From a virus (lineage: Duplodnaviria > Caudoviricetes): a DNA stretch of 55,877 bases. The DNA is taken from the IMG/VR virus record IMGVR_UViG_3300050132_000092, positions 1 through 55,877 of that record; one strand, written 5' to 3'. The notes beneath the pieces were generated by a model that saw nothing but the letters and a program-made list of their open reading frames with translations, was not told the DNA's origin and ran no database searches. The position numbers were made by a program, and so were the translations under genes. Below, piece after piece: positions 1 through 8,605 of the stretch (positions are counted from its first letter, which is position 1; each line of letters opens with the position of its first letter).

Positions 1-142
1 GTGCCGCCTCGACAGGTGCCGCCTCGACAGGTGCCGCCTCGACAGGTGCCGCCTCGACAGGTGCCGCCTCGACAGGTGCCGCCTCGACAGGTGCCGCCTC
101 GACAGGTGCCGCCTCGACAGGTGCCGCCTCGACAGGTGCCGC
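1..142 (+). repeat. 15-bp tandem repeat GTGCCGCCTCGACAG (9 copies plus a partial), left contig end
   Basis: Directly visible; the same unit terminates the contig at 55721-55877. Confidence 0.98.
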
Positions 143-211
143 GGCTTTCAGTTCGTTCACATCTGCTTCGACTGTTACCAGTTCTTGTTCTACTTCTTCC
201 AATGATTTCAT
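1..211 (-). CDS. N-terminal part of a junction-spanning hypothetical protein with a (VEAAP)n linker
   Basis: AAGGAG RBS then ATG at 211: MKSLEEVEQELVTVEADVNELKAAAP(VEAAP)n; the same repeat frame continues at the right end into ORF 55476-55697. Confidence 0.85.
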   Translation of the reverse strand, partial: MKSLEEVEQELVTVEADVNELKAAAPVEAAPVEAAPVEAAPVEAAPVEAAPVEAAPVEAAPVEAAPVEAA

Positions 212-222
212 CGATGTTCTCC

Positions 223-420
223 TTACGTGGGGGTGTGTTGCACTGTAATTTCCATGCTGTTCTGCCATACCGCTATCAAGCCTTCAGGACTCATTACCAC
301 CGGCATCTGAAGCAGTTTGCTGTGCAGGTGGTAGGTCTGATTGATGTGCTCGGCGAACTGCGTCATAATTTCAAGCATCTCGTCGCTGGTGTATGTTACT
401 GCTGGTATCTTACGGCTCAT
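223..420 (-). CDS. hypothetical protein
   Basis: ORF 223-462; likely start MSRKIP at 420 after GAGGGGAG; co-directional with neighbours. Confidence 0.6.
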   Translation of the reverse strand: MSRKIPAVTYTSDEMLEIMTQFAEHINQTYHLHSKLLQMPVVMSPEGLIAVWQNSMEITVQHTPT

Positions 421-453
421 TACGTATCTCCCCTCGCCTTTTAAATTTATGTC

Positions 454-483
454 TTGACACACACGGTGTACTTCTTCTATACT
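454..483 (+). promoter_or_regulatory. sigma70-type promoter of tnpB, probably giving a leaderless mRNA
   Basis: TTGACA-18 bp-TATACT; ATG begins 7 nt after the -10; no SD sequence. Confidence 0.7.
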
Positions 484-489
484 TGAAAC

Positions 490-1605
490 ATGAAGCTAAT
501 CGTAAACATTAAATTAAAACCGGACGCCAACCAGCAGCGTGCATTGCAGGCTACTTTGGAACGATGTAATGATGCCTGCAACTGGCTTTCTGTTCTTGGT
601 TTTGAACATGAAACTATCAAGCACTTCGCTCTTCACAAACTTGCATATAAAGACACTAGGTCGAAGTTTGAACTGACTGCACAAGCTACTGTTCGGTGTA
701 TTTCTAAGGTTGCCGATGCCTACAAGTTGCCAAAACCTCTGAAAACACAGTGTAAATTCCACAAGTGGTCTGCACAACCTTACGATGATCGAATTTTTCG
801 TTTTTCCAAGGGTGATTCTGTGAACCTTTGGACTCTGGATGGTCGTCAGAATATTCCTTTTGTCTGTGGAGAACACCAGCGAAAACTCTTGCCGTTCCGT
901 AAAGGCGAAGTCGATCTGATGTTTATTCGTGGCAAGTGGTATATTGGTGTTGTAGTGGATATTGATGAACATGAACCAATTGAACCGCAAGGCGTTCTCG
1001 GTATTGATTTTGGTATTATCAATATTGCAGTTGACAGTACGGGAGAATCTTTCTCTGGAGCGAAAGTAGAGGAACTTCGTCAAAAACACAACAAGCGTCG
1101 TCAGATATTGCAAAAAGTAGGAACCAAGGCCGCTAAACGTCGTTTGCAAAAAATTTCTGGAAAACAAACCCGATTTCAAAGTATCACCAATCATATAATA
1201 TCCAAACAGATCGTCGCCAAAGCTGAACGCTACTCGTTTTCCATCGCCATTGAAGATCTGACAGGCATACGGAAAGCGGGAGATAAGGCCACAAAAGCTC
1301 ATCGGCAACGATTGTCTAACTGGGGATTTTTTCAATTGCGGTCCTTTCTGGAATATAAGGCAAAGCGTGCCGGTATTCCGATTCAAACAGTTGATCCTCG
1401 GAACACCAGTCGTACTTGTCCAGTCTGCGATTTCATCTCTAAGAAGAACCGCCCGACTCAAGCAGTGTTCTGTTGCAAAGTCTGTGGGTATAGTAGTAAC
1501 GCCGACTTTGTGGCCGCTGGCAATATCGCCAGCAAGGTATCTGTAAACATGCCTATGTTCGCACATCAGTTTACCCCTGATGTAGTGGAAAACCTCTGTG
1601 TTTAG
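490..1605 (+). CDS. tnpB: TnpB RNA-guided endonuclease
   Basis: RuvC triad intact (GIDFG, IEDL, NADFVAA); CPVC...CKVC zinc finger; VDPRNTSRTC motif; 371 aa. Confidence 0.93.
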   Translation: MKLIVNIKLKPDANQQRALQATLERCNDACNWLSVLGFEHETIKHFALHKLAYKDTRSKFELTAQATVRCISKVADAYKLPKPLKTQCKFHKWSAQPYDDRIFRFSKGDSVNLWTLDGRQNIPFVCGEHQRKLLPFRKGEVDLMFIRGKWYIGVVVDIDEHEPIEPQGVLGIDFGIINIAVDSTGESFSGAKVEELRQKHNKRRQILQKVGTKAAKRRLQKISGKQTRFQSITNHIISKQIVAKAERYSFSIAIEDLTGIRKAGDKATKAHRQRLSNWGFFQLRSFLEYKAKRAGIPIQTVDPRNTSRTCPVCDFISKKNRPTQAVFCCKVCGYSSNADFVAAGNIASKVSVNMPMFAHQFTPDVVENLCV

Positions 1606-1640
1606 CTGTGAGGTCGTTTACTGGTCACACCTCCGTACTG
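1500..1640 (+). ncRNA. putative omega-RNA overlapping the tnpB 3' end; guide predicted from 1622 (TGGTCACACCTCCGTACTG)
   Basis: Inferred from TnpB biology and the right-end motif; the 5' boundary is a guess. Confidence 0.45.
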
Positions 1641-1887
1641 CTATATTTGGTACACCACATGGAAACTCGTCAGCTATCCTGGCGTCGATCCGCTCTGGCG
1701 CGTCCCGCACGAACGTCTGATTGATTTGCAGCACTTCCATCACTTTGCGCTCCACGTCTGGTGGGATTTTATTGATACCATACAAATAGTTGTAATAACA
1801 TCTGATGGTTATACCAACGCAAGCCGCCATTGATGGTGCGTCAAACTTAATGTCATCCTGTATCTGTTTCAGTCGGTATTTTGTCAT
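1618..1887 (-). CDS. XRE-like HTH protein
   Basis: MAACVGITIRCYYNYLYG..KIP resembles an XRE helix-turn-helix. Confidence 0.55.
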   Translation of the reverse strand: MTKYRLKQIQDDIKFDAPSMAACVGITIRCYYNYLYGINKIPPDVERKVMEVLQINQTFVRDAPERIDARIADEFPCGVPNIAVRRCDQ

Positions 1888-1929
1888 ATCAGGTAAACTT
1901 TCCTCCGTGGGAGCGTCGAAATGCCGGTA

Positions 1930-2397
1930 TTACCGTCCACAAGTCGGACAGTCGCCACCGGTTGCTGTACACCCGCTGAACTGACCGTCGCCCAGATCAA
2001 TACCGGGGCAGGGTGGGTGGATGCCGGTGAGCGTGTAGCCACCACACCCCATAGACTTACTGACGTACCGCTGGCACTTATCGCCGTCCAGTGCACTGCA
2101 TCCGTGGCACTCGTCCACCCATGCCACGTCCTTCTCGTACATGATCCGCACCATATCATCACCCGGCAGTCGAAACTCACCGGCACCGATCTCGTAGGCG
2201 ACCCGATCACCGATGGCTACCAGTGTGACGCGGGGGCCGACCGCCTCGACCATACCGTACAGGACCGGCGAGTGGTCAGCGGAACGGTTCAGGTCGATAC
2301 CGGACAGAATCAGGCCGGGTAGCGTGACGGGTAGCTCCCTGATGAAGCAGAAGTCGCGTACCGGTTTCCAGTTAAGCAGTGAGTAATCAGTCAACAT
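1930..2397 (-). CDS. GroES/Cpn10-like protein with Cys-rich C-terminus
   Basis: PVRDFCFI...GLIL...GMVEAVGP...IGDRV...IMYEKDV matches the Cpn10 pattern. Confidence 0.6.
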   Translation of the reverse strand: MLTDYSLLNWKPVRDFCFIRELPVTLPGLILSGIDLNRSADHSPVLYGMVEAVGPRVTLVAIGDRVAYEIGAGEFRLPGDDMVRIMYEKDVAWVDECHGCSALDGDKCQRYVSKSMGCGGYTLTGIHPPCPGIDLGDGQFSGCTATGGDCPTCGR

Positions 2398-2602
2398 GTG
2401 GTGTGGCCTCCAGTGCCGGGGCGAGTATCCGGCGGGAAAACTCGCTGATAGGCAACGACATTTCGTCGGTAGTCGCTCTGACAGTCACGACCTTGCCGGT
2501 GCCGTCGTTAATGTAGATCAGGTCGCCGACCGTCGATATGCCGATCACCTGTTTGCCGAGCAACCGTTTGACTTCAGTGGTTATGTCGGCTAGCGTCAGC
2601 AT
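2387..2602 (-). CDS. hypothetical protein
   Basis: Overlapping co-directional ORF in an operon. Confidence 0.55.
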   Translation of the reverse strand: MLTLADITTEVKRLLGKQVIGISTVGDLIYINDGTGKVVTVRATTDEMSLPISEFSRRILAPALEATPHVD

Positions 2603-2820
2603 GAACAGCCGCCAGCACAGCCAGCGTTCACATCTGCTACGATAATCAGCATCAGTTGTTCTGCTGTTCCTTCCTCGGCCTCAGCGGCATCCAGTACCTC
2701 TTGATAGTTGCCGTTGCAGTTCCAGGTAGACAGTGTGACGCACACGCTGTCGGGTCCGGCGACGATGCTCTGTACCGATTTGGGGTTGATCCATTTGCCG
2801 TTTGGTAGTTCTATTAACAT
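2596..2820 (-). CDS. hypothetical protein
   Basis: GGAGG RBS, ATG, co-directional. Confidence 0.6.
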   Translation of the reverse strand: MLIELPNGKWINPKSVQSIVAGPDSVCVTLSTWNCNGNYQEVLDAAEAEEGTAEQLMLIIVADVNAGCAGGCSC

Positions 2821-3059
2821 GTTACCTCCGTGTACTCAGCGTCAGTTATTTCCATCCTGTTGTACCACAACTGACAGATAGCCGTCTTGGTGGCGTGCGC
2901 CGCTGCAAATGAGCGGTCGGCGGCAGGCTTGCCGAATTTAGCGACTAACTCTTCGTAGGTCATAAATCATCCGAACAGGCGATCATAGCTAAGATAAAAA
3001 GCACTATCAGCACACCGACTGAAAATCCAATACCCAATGCGACTGCGTGTAACACTGTG

Positions 3060-5804
3060 TCACCTCCCCCACTCATTTCTGATACTACCAGCAGCCATTA
3101 TCTGGCTAACTGTTTTAACCACTCTGGGACGGTGCTGTTCAAATTTGAAGTCCACAAACATATCATAGGAGTAACTTAGCATATTCAAAATATCGCAGTG
3201 GTACACCGGAAAATTCCGCATTTCGTCCAGCATCTTATCGCGGTAGACCGGGCTGATACCGGTGCTGTACCACAGCTTACTGTTGTTCAGCGGCCATTGC
3301 AGTGCCGCTTTCACCCGTTCTTCCAGTGACCTGCCGCCTGGTCTAAGCAGCACCAGATTACCGTGATCGACTGACAGCTTCCGGCCCTTGGCACGGAGCG
3401 CGTCGGCGATGTGAATCTCGGTGGTAGCCAGGCCGACCTTCTCGACGCCGAGTTGCATGATCATGCCGTTCCGTAGATACATCCTCACGATGGCGTCAAT
3501 CGCCTCGCTGTGGGTCATCTGGTCGGCAATCAGGTCTTCCAGATACACGTCGCTGATACCCAGGTCGTCCTCGGTCAGATCGCCACGAGCCGTCGCGGCG
3601 GGCACAATACTGACTACGCCGATTGACCACAAATCACCCTGACCCTTGCCGATGTTGGTGTCGGTGCCGCCCGCTTGATCGATCAGTAGGAATTTAAAGC
3701 GGCCAGGCGGCAGGAACTCCGGTTCGATGGGTTGCATCATAGCGTAATCTAACAACATGTCGCCTTCCGGTGTGGGGTTACAGAGCTTCTGGCTGTTGAA
3801 ATGGCGGCTGGCCTTGCTCTTCTCCCATGTTTTCGGTCCTTCATAAACCGGGTTGCCGTCGCGCTGGCCGTTGTCGCTGGCAGGAATGACGCGCAGCTTA
3901 TAGATCGGGGTGCCGTCTTCCAGTTTCAGGTCGCCGATCCGCTTGACCGGCCCAGCGTGATTGTAATAAGTACCGATCACGCGAATGATGTCAGTGTCTT
4001 GGAGGGTAGACAGGTTGCCAGCCATATCGAATTTACTGAAGACATCATTGAGCACGGCCGGGCTGTTAGCGATATCTTCTGTCTCGATGTCGTCGAATAC
4101 TAAACGCTCAAAGTGTCGGCCTGTCGGCATCCCCTCGGTCAGACCCCATGCTTCAATGGTGGATTCACCACGCGACATGGACTTGCGACGAAAGACTAAA
4201 CCGCCGTCTTCTCCCCATTTTGTAGCTTCCTGAGTTGGGTTCTGCCACATGACATCAGGAAAGCAGTTTATCAACATAGATGATTTTTCACAAAGAATCT
4301 TCAGACCAATTAAAATTTTCTTTGCTGCTGGTCGGGCGTAAGACAGTATTGCAGTACATTTTTCAGGGTATTTTAAGTGGAACTGTAAGGTTTCGGCCAT
4401 TGTGATAATTGTCGAATTGTGTGTTGGTATAAACGACCTGCCAATCAAATACATACCGTCTGTACTATCGACTTGAATACAACTGACAGGTATACTGTCT
4501 ACTGGCTCGACTGAAATAATCTTATTTACGCGACGTAAGCCGAAACCTGCTTTTGGTATTATCCGTTTACGTGGCATTCTGAACGTGGGTAATTCAGAAA
4601 ATGCCCTGTATTGTACTTGCATGAAGGGTCTACGTTCACCTTTATAGTTACCGGTCCATATCCTTACTGTCGGGTTAAGCCCTAATCCTTGGCATAGTTC
4701 AAACACATCGCTTATCAGTTGTAAGTTGGTATTACAAAAGACTGCTTGTGAGTGTTCTTTATGTACTGATCCATCAGTATCCATAAGACCTTCTAATAAC
4801 GAAAGTCTGTCATTAAAACTACTAGTTAAATAGCACTGAGGAATATGTTTATTTTTAAATAATTTGTATTTACGTAAAGAATCACGAAAATCCGAACTAC
4901 CTTTTTTATTCTGAATACCACTACCCAATGACAACGATACCGAGTTACTGTGACCTGTTCGTCTAACAATTATACCAGTGTCACGTAACATTTTTTCCAT
5001 TACATAAGAATCATCAACACTACTTGTAATCCTGACACCATCCGATGCACCGTCGCCCAACCAGACACCTAACACGTAAGGGTCAATCAATAACTCCTTC
5101 TTTTCAAATTGCAGTGGTTTTGTTATTTGAACTGTTGGAAATGGTCTTGAATAAATCCCCTGTGAATGATCAACCTGTGCCATTAACTCACGAGTATTTA
5201 TAGTCGTCGGTGCGTGCCATTTCTTACGAGTGTTCGTTCCATTGATCCGCGTTCTGCTTGGTAAATCGACTGTCCATAGATGGTCACCACTGACCACCAC
5301 TGAGTAATTGTTGCTGAATCGAACACGGTAACAATCCGTGTCAGTAAAAACCTCTGTTTTGGCAATAACTTTAACCGGATCGCCGTCAGGTGAAAACACA
5401 CTGACACCTGGCTGCAATTCTCCATGAGTGGACCATCCTTCGGTGGTTAGCACAGGCTCATTTACATCAACGGCTTTTCCATGACCACGTGCCCATACGT
5501 CCAGCGTGCCGGTCTGCGGGCCTGTTTCGACCATTCGGCACATCTTGACGATAAACGGGTGGTTGAGTATTGGTATCTCAAATAGAAAAAATACGATGAA
5601 AAACAGGTCGTTGAGAATCAAGTCCCTGAGTACACTCTTAGCATAAGCCTGTTTGGTGGCGGCGGGTTGCTGACCGATACGGGCGAACACCGCGCTGTAA
5701 TCGGCAGCATACCAAGTGTCGTGGAGCGCCGGGTCGAACTGGCTCTTACGCATGGCGATGCGCGGATGTTGGGTGAACTCAATCACGGCTGGCGGCCTGC
5801 TCAC
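3060..5804 (-). CDS. terL: terminase large subunit containing an intein
   Basis: Walker A RGHGK/S split by the intein, Walker B LVFDDIE, C-terminal RNase H-like nuclease (IDQA...D); phage packaging context. Confidence 0.88.
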   Translation of the reverse strand: MSRPPAVIEFTQHPRIAMRKSQFDPALHDTWYAADYSAVFARIGQQPAATKQAYAKSVLRDLILNDLFFIVFFLFEIPILNHPFIVKMCRMVETGPQTGTLDVWARGHGKAVDVNEPVLTTEGWSTHGELQPGVSVFSPDGDPVKVIAKTEVFTDTDCYRVRFSNNYSVVVSGDHLWTVDLPSRTRINGTNTRKKWHAPTTINTRELMAQVDHSQGIYSRPFPTVQITKPLQFEKKELLIDPYVLGVWLGDGASDGVRITSSVDDSYVMEKMLRDTGIIVRRTGHSNSVSLSLGSGIQNKKGSSDFRDSLRKYKLFKNKHIPQCYLTSSFNDRLSLLEGLMDTDGSVHKEHSQAVFCNTNLQLISDVFELCQGLGLNPTVRIWTGNYKGERRPFMQVQYRAFSELPTFRMPRKRIIPKAGFGLRRVNKIISVEPVDSIPVSCIQVDSTDGMYLIGRSFIPTHNSTIITMAETLQFHLKYPEKCTAILSYARPAAKKILIGLKILCEKSSMLINCFPDVMWQNPTQEATKWGEDGGLVFRRKSMSRGESTIEAWGLTEGMPTGRHFERLVFDDIETEDIANSPAVLNDVFSKFDMAGNLSTLQDTDIIRVIGTYYNHAGPVKRIGDLKLEDGTPIYKLRVIPASDNGQRDGNPVYEGPKTWEKSKASRHFNSQKLCNPTPEGDMLLDYAMMQPIEPEFLPPGRFKFLLIDQAGGTDTNIGKGQGDLWSIGVVSIVPAATARGDLTEDDLGISDVYLEDLIADQMTHSEAIDAIVRMYLRNGMIMQLGVEKVGLATTEIHIADALRAKGRKLSVDHGNLVLLRPGGRSLEERVKAALQWPLNNSKLWYSTGISPVYRDKMLDEMRNFPVYHCDILNMLSYSYDMFVDFKFEQHRPRVVKTVSQIMAAGSIRNEWGR
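4416..5474 (-). mobile_element. class 3 intein with LAGLIDADG homing endonuclease (353 aa)
   Basis: Starts with Ala (AVDVNEPV), ends PTHN/S; DHLW, VSCIQV and PTHN give the W-C-T signature; LGVWLGDG and LEGLMDTDG motifs; lower GC than the exteins. Confidence 0.88.
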
Positions 5805-6006
5805 TGTACGCTGCCACGGCGGCTCGCCGCAACCACTCGCTGACCGGCTGACCGGCGGCAGCCTCTCGGACGGCCGCTGCCTGCTCCAGACTGAATTTAG
5901 CGGCCAGGGTGACGCTGTACGCCTGGTCGCTGTGTTTAGGGTGTCTTACTGCTGTCACATACGCCTCCGTGCTCCAGTGCAGGTATACCTTGTCGCCGGT
6001 GAACAT
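5779..6006 (-). CDS. small hypothetical protein, possibly ribbon-helix-helix
   Basis: FSLEQAAAVREAA..PVSEWLRRAA pattern; abuts terL. Confidence 0.4.
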   Translation of the reverse strand: MFTGDKVYLHWSTEAYVTAVRHPKHSDQAYSVTLAAKFSLEQAAAVREAAAGQPVSEWLRRAAVAAYSEQAASRD

Positions 6007-6007
6007 G

Positions 6008-6493
6008 TCAAGGGTTTATTTGCGGTGTGGCTACGCGGTGTGCTGTCAGATGTCGTTGATGAATAAGGTGACACTGATATGTTTTTACGTGTTCGTCTGC
6101 TTTTTGCGCAGGTGGTCGGCCTGACGGCAGCTTTACAGAACGTGCTGCCGCCATAATACGATAAACTGATGCTACACCTATTCCGCAGACATCTGCTACG
6201 GCTTGATTGGTGCGACCTTCTGCTCTGAGTGCCATTACGCGGTCGGCTTGAGATAGTGCTGGTTTAGGTCTGTTGTCGTACACACCTGCTGCCTTGGCTT
6301 TAGCTATTCCTTCAAGTGACAGCGTTCTCATATTTATTCGTTTGATGCCGAATTCATGAACCCTCATATGACAAGGAATACAGATTGAAATGATATTGTT
6401 ACTCTCGTCGGTACCACCATGAACTTTTGGAATGACGTGATGAAGTTCCATTGGGTGCAGACCGCCACACAGGCAACAGAATGGTGTTATCAC
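6008..6493 (-). CDS. HNH endonuclease fused to a resolvase-type HTH
   Basis: CLCG..HHVIPKVHGG..NIISICIPCH..VH followed by EGIAKAKAAG...GIGVASVYRI. Confidence 0.75.
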   Translation of the reverse strand: MITPFCCLCGGLHPMELHHVIPKVHGGTDESNNIISICIPCHMRVHEFGIKRINMRTLSLEGIAKAKAAGVYDNRPKPALSQADRVMALRAEGRTNQAVADVCGIGVASVYRIMAAARSVKLPSGRPPAQKADEHVKTYQCHLIHQRHLTAHRVATPQINP

Positions 6494-7062
6494 ACTGCAC
6501 CTCCCGCTGCCAGTTTACAGATGCGATAGACGGTAGCTATACCTATCTGTAACTCGCGGGCTATATCTCGGTGAGGAATACCCTGCCGACGCATCTCCAG
6601 CACCTGTGGTGTGGCCTGCTCTCTGATTACGGGCGTTCGACCTTTGTACAGACCTGCTGTACGGGCGCGGTCAATCCCCTCACTCTGGCGTTCCAACATA
6701 ATTTCCCGCTCAAAGGTGGCAATTGCCGCCAGAATGGTCATCATCATCTTGCCGGTGGGAGTGCTGGTGTCCAGGTTGATATTAAGCACCCGGAACGCGA
6801 CACCTTTAGCAGTGAGGTCTTCCACCATGTTTAGCAGCTTCTTGGTGCTACGGGCAACACGATCCAGCTTGCATACGACCAGCGTGTCGCCCGCTTGCGC
6901 GTAGCTGATTGCTCGTGCCAGCTCCTTACGGTCATCGTCTGCACCAGAAGCCTTCTCCTGATACACGCAGTCACACCCTGCAAAGTTAAGCTGTTGTAGT
7001 TGTGGTGTGAGGTGCTGGTCTGCGGTACTTACTCGTGCGTAGCCAATTAGTTTTGCGCTCAT
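6490..7062 (-). CDS. serine recombinase (resolvase/invertase family)
   Basis: GYARVST catalytic Ser, GDTLVVCKLDRVARS, C-terminal Hin-type HTH. Confidence 0.95.
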   Translation of the reverse strand: MSAKLIGYARVSTADQHLTPQLQQLNFAGCDCVYQEKASGADDDRKELARAISYAQAGDTLVVCKLDRVARSTKKLLNMVEDLTAKGVAFRVLNINLDTSTPTGKMMMTILAAIATFEREIMLERQSEGIDRARTAGLYKGRTPVIREQATPQVLEMRRQGIPHRDIARELQIGIATVYRICKLAAGGAV

Positions 7063-7098
7063 GGTAGCCTCCTACAGTAATTTGTCTGTCTGTAGGGA

Positions 7099-7127
7099 AC
7101 TATATTATCTATTAACCCCCTTGTCAA
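7099..7127 (-). promoter_or_regulatory. promoter of the resolvase operon
   Basis: TTGACA-17 bp-TATAGT on the minus strand. Confidence 0.7.
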
Positions 7128-7402
7128 TGAGATTATAGATCAACTTGTAAAAAATGTGCTGCGCCCAGACGGCGGGGATGCGGCGGCTGCGGCGGCCAAA
7201 GCGAAAAGGTAGGTACGCCGGTCGGCCAAACCATTTGAAAATTATCATTAATACTTACTCATTAGATAGTTATCAGGTAATAAAGTCTAACAATATTATA
7301 TAGTTACGTGTCGAGTCGAGTGGTAACACAACATGCGGCGTGTCTATATAACCATGCTCTACTGATAATACGTCTGTCAGTTCGGCGCTGCTGGATCATA
7401 CA

Positions 7403-7598
<196 letters not shown>

Positions 7599-7603
7599 GC
7601 CGT

Positions 7604-8080
7604 CTACCTGAAGTCGTCCAGGTTCACCGGCATAAAGTCCTTCAGATCGCCATTGAGATTGACGTTCTGCCTTACTACCGGCTCGGCTCGGTCAAAGACC
7701 ATTGCGGCGGCGGCGAGCTTGTTCGTGTGGGTCGGCGCAATTTGTTCAATGATATCAACTACTTGGCCGTTTTTCCCTAGCTTTTGAGTCGTCACGCTGT
7801 CGGCCTTTCCGCGCAACACATCCTGGACGACGGAGTGCGCCAATTTGACCATTGCGGGCCTGGCGAGGCTGTGCTTCTGTACTTTCGCCCTGAAGCGACT
7901 AAGCGTTCCGCTGTCTATCTGTTGCTTGCCAGTTGCCAAACAAAGCGCGTCCGAGGGTGTCAGGCCGTGATTTACCACAAGTTCTATGGCCTTCTGCGTT
8001 TTTCCATAGATTTCGGGCCTTTTGCGCTCTATCGGCACAATAAATAGTCCATCAGGGTCGAAAGGGTCCATAGTCGTCAC
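7604..8080 (-). CDS. probable terminase small subunit
   Basis: Size, N-terminal HTH-like region, ..FDRAEPVVRQNVNLNG tail, position upstream of terL; AAGGAGG RBS. Confidence 0.5.
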   Translation of the reverse strand: MTTMDPFDPDGLFIVPIERKRPEIYGKTQKAIELVVNHGLTPSDALCLATGKQQIDSGTLSRFRAKVQKHSLARPAMVKLAHSVVQDVLRGKADSVTTQKLGKNGQVVDIIEQIAPTHTNKLAAAAMVFDRAEPVVRQNVNLNGDLKDFMPVNLDDFR

Positions 8081-8103
8081 GCCTCCTTAGCATGTACTCA
8101 CAC

Positions 8104-8132
8104 TGTATAACGCTGGCGGGTGCTGGTGTCAA
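8104..8132 (-). promoter_or_regulatory. putative promoter upstream of terS
   Basis: TTGACA-17 bp-TATACA. Confidence 0.5.
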
Positions 8133-8563
8133 GCGTCGCGTGGTCTGGTTGTAGTACATTATTAAATACCCCTCATATACACCGAGCTTTTAAGGTTTAA
8201 GGTAAGATTATTGTTATAAAACAGTAGTTTGCAATAAGACTATTCTTGTCAGGTCGGTTTTTCACTAGCTCTAGTACAGTGACATCTACTATAATCATAA
8301 TATGTGTTATTATATTACTATAGTTGTTATTGTGTACCCTCCACTAATATATAAAAAAAGATAGTAAGGGGTAATGGTATAAGTAGCTGATATATAACAG
8401 TAAAAAGTACCTCAAATTGTATTAGCATACCTTGGTTCTTGGGGGTATAAATGGGGCTGCTGCTATTCCATCAGATAATAAATGGACACGATAACAATAT
8501 ATAATAACATGAGATTTGTTGCATGTATCTGCACCGTTCGCATAATATGTAATAACAAAAACG

Positions 8564-8592
8564 TTGACACGGTTGCGGCTAGTAGCTAATAT
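8564..8592 (+). promoter_or_regulatory. putative rightward promoter
   Basis: TTGACA-17 bp-TAATAT at the end of an AT-rich intergenic region. Confidence 0.5.
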
Positions 8593-8605
8593 TTAGGCTA
8601 GTAGT

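Larger units (their letters stand above)
451..1621 (+). mobile_element. IS200/IS605-family TnpB-only element (no TnpA)
   Basis: Follows TTTAT (446-450, TAM-like); ends in an omega-RNA-like AACCTC..TTTAG..GAGGTCGTTTAC; removing it restores the same Gln-stop end of ORF 1618-1887. Confidence 0.7.

Noticed and set aside
1-444. Plus-strand ORF (PPRQV)n, or telomere-like terminal repeats
   Set aside because: The minus frame has an RBS, a start and continuity across the junction; the repeat is a coding VNTR at an assembly break.
490-1605. Nuclease-dead TnpB (TldR) regulator
   Set aside because: All three RuvC acidic residues are present, and I saw no second match to the guide in the window by eye.
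490-7062. IS607 element (serine recombinase plus TnpB)
   Set aside because: The genes are 5 kb apart on opposite strands, and the recombinase has a C-terminal HTH rather than the N-terminal HTH of IS607 TnpA.
8535-8562. dif/Xer site
   Set aside because: CGTTCGCATAA resembles a XerC arm, but no XerD arm (TTATGTTAAAT-like) follows the spacer.
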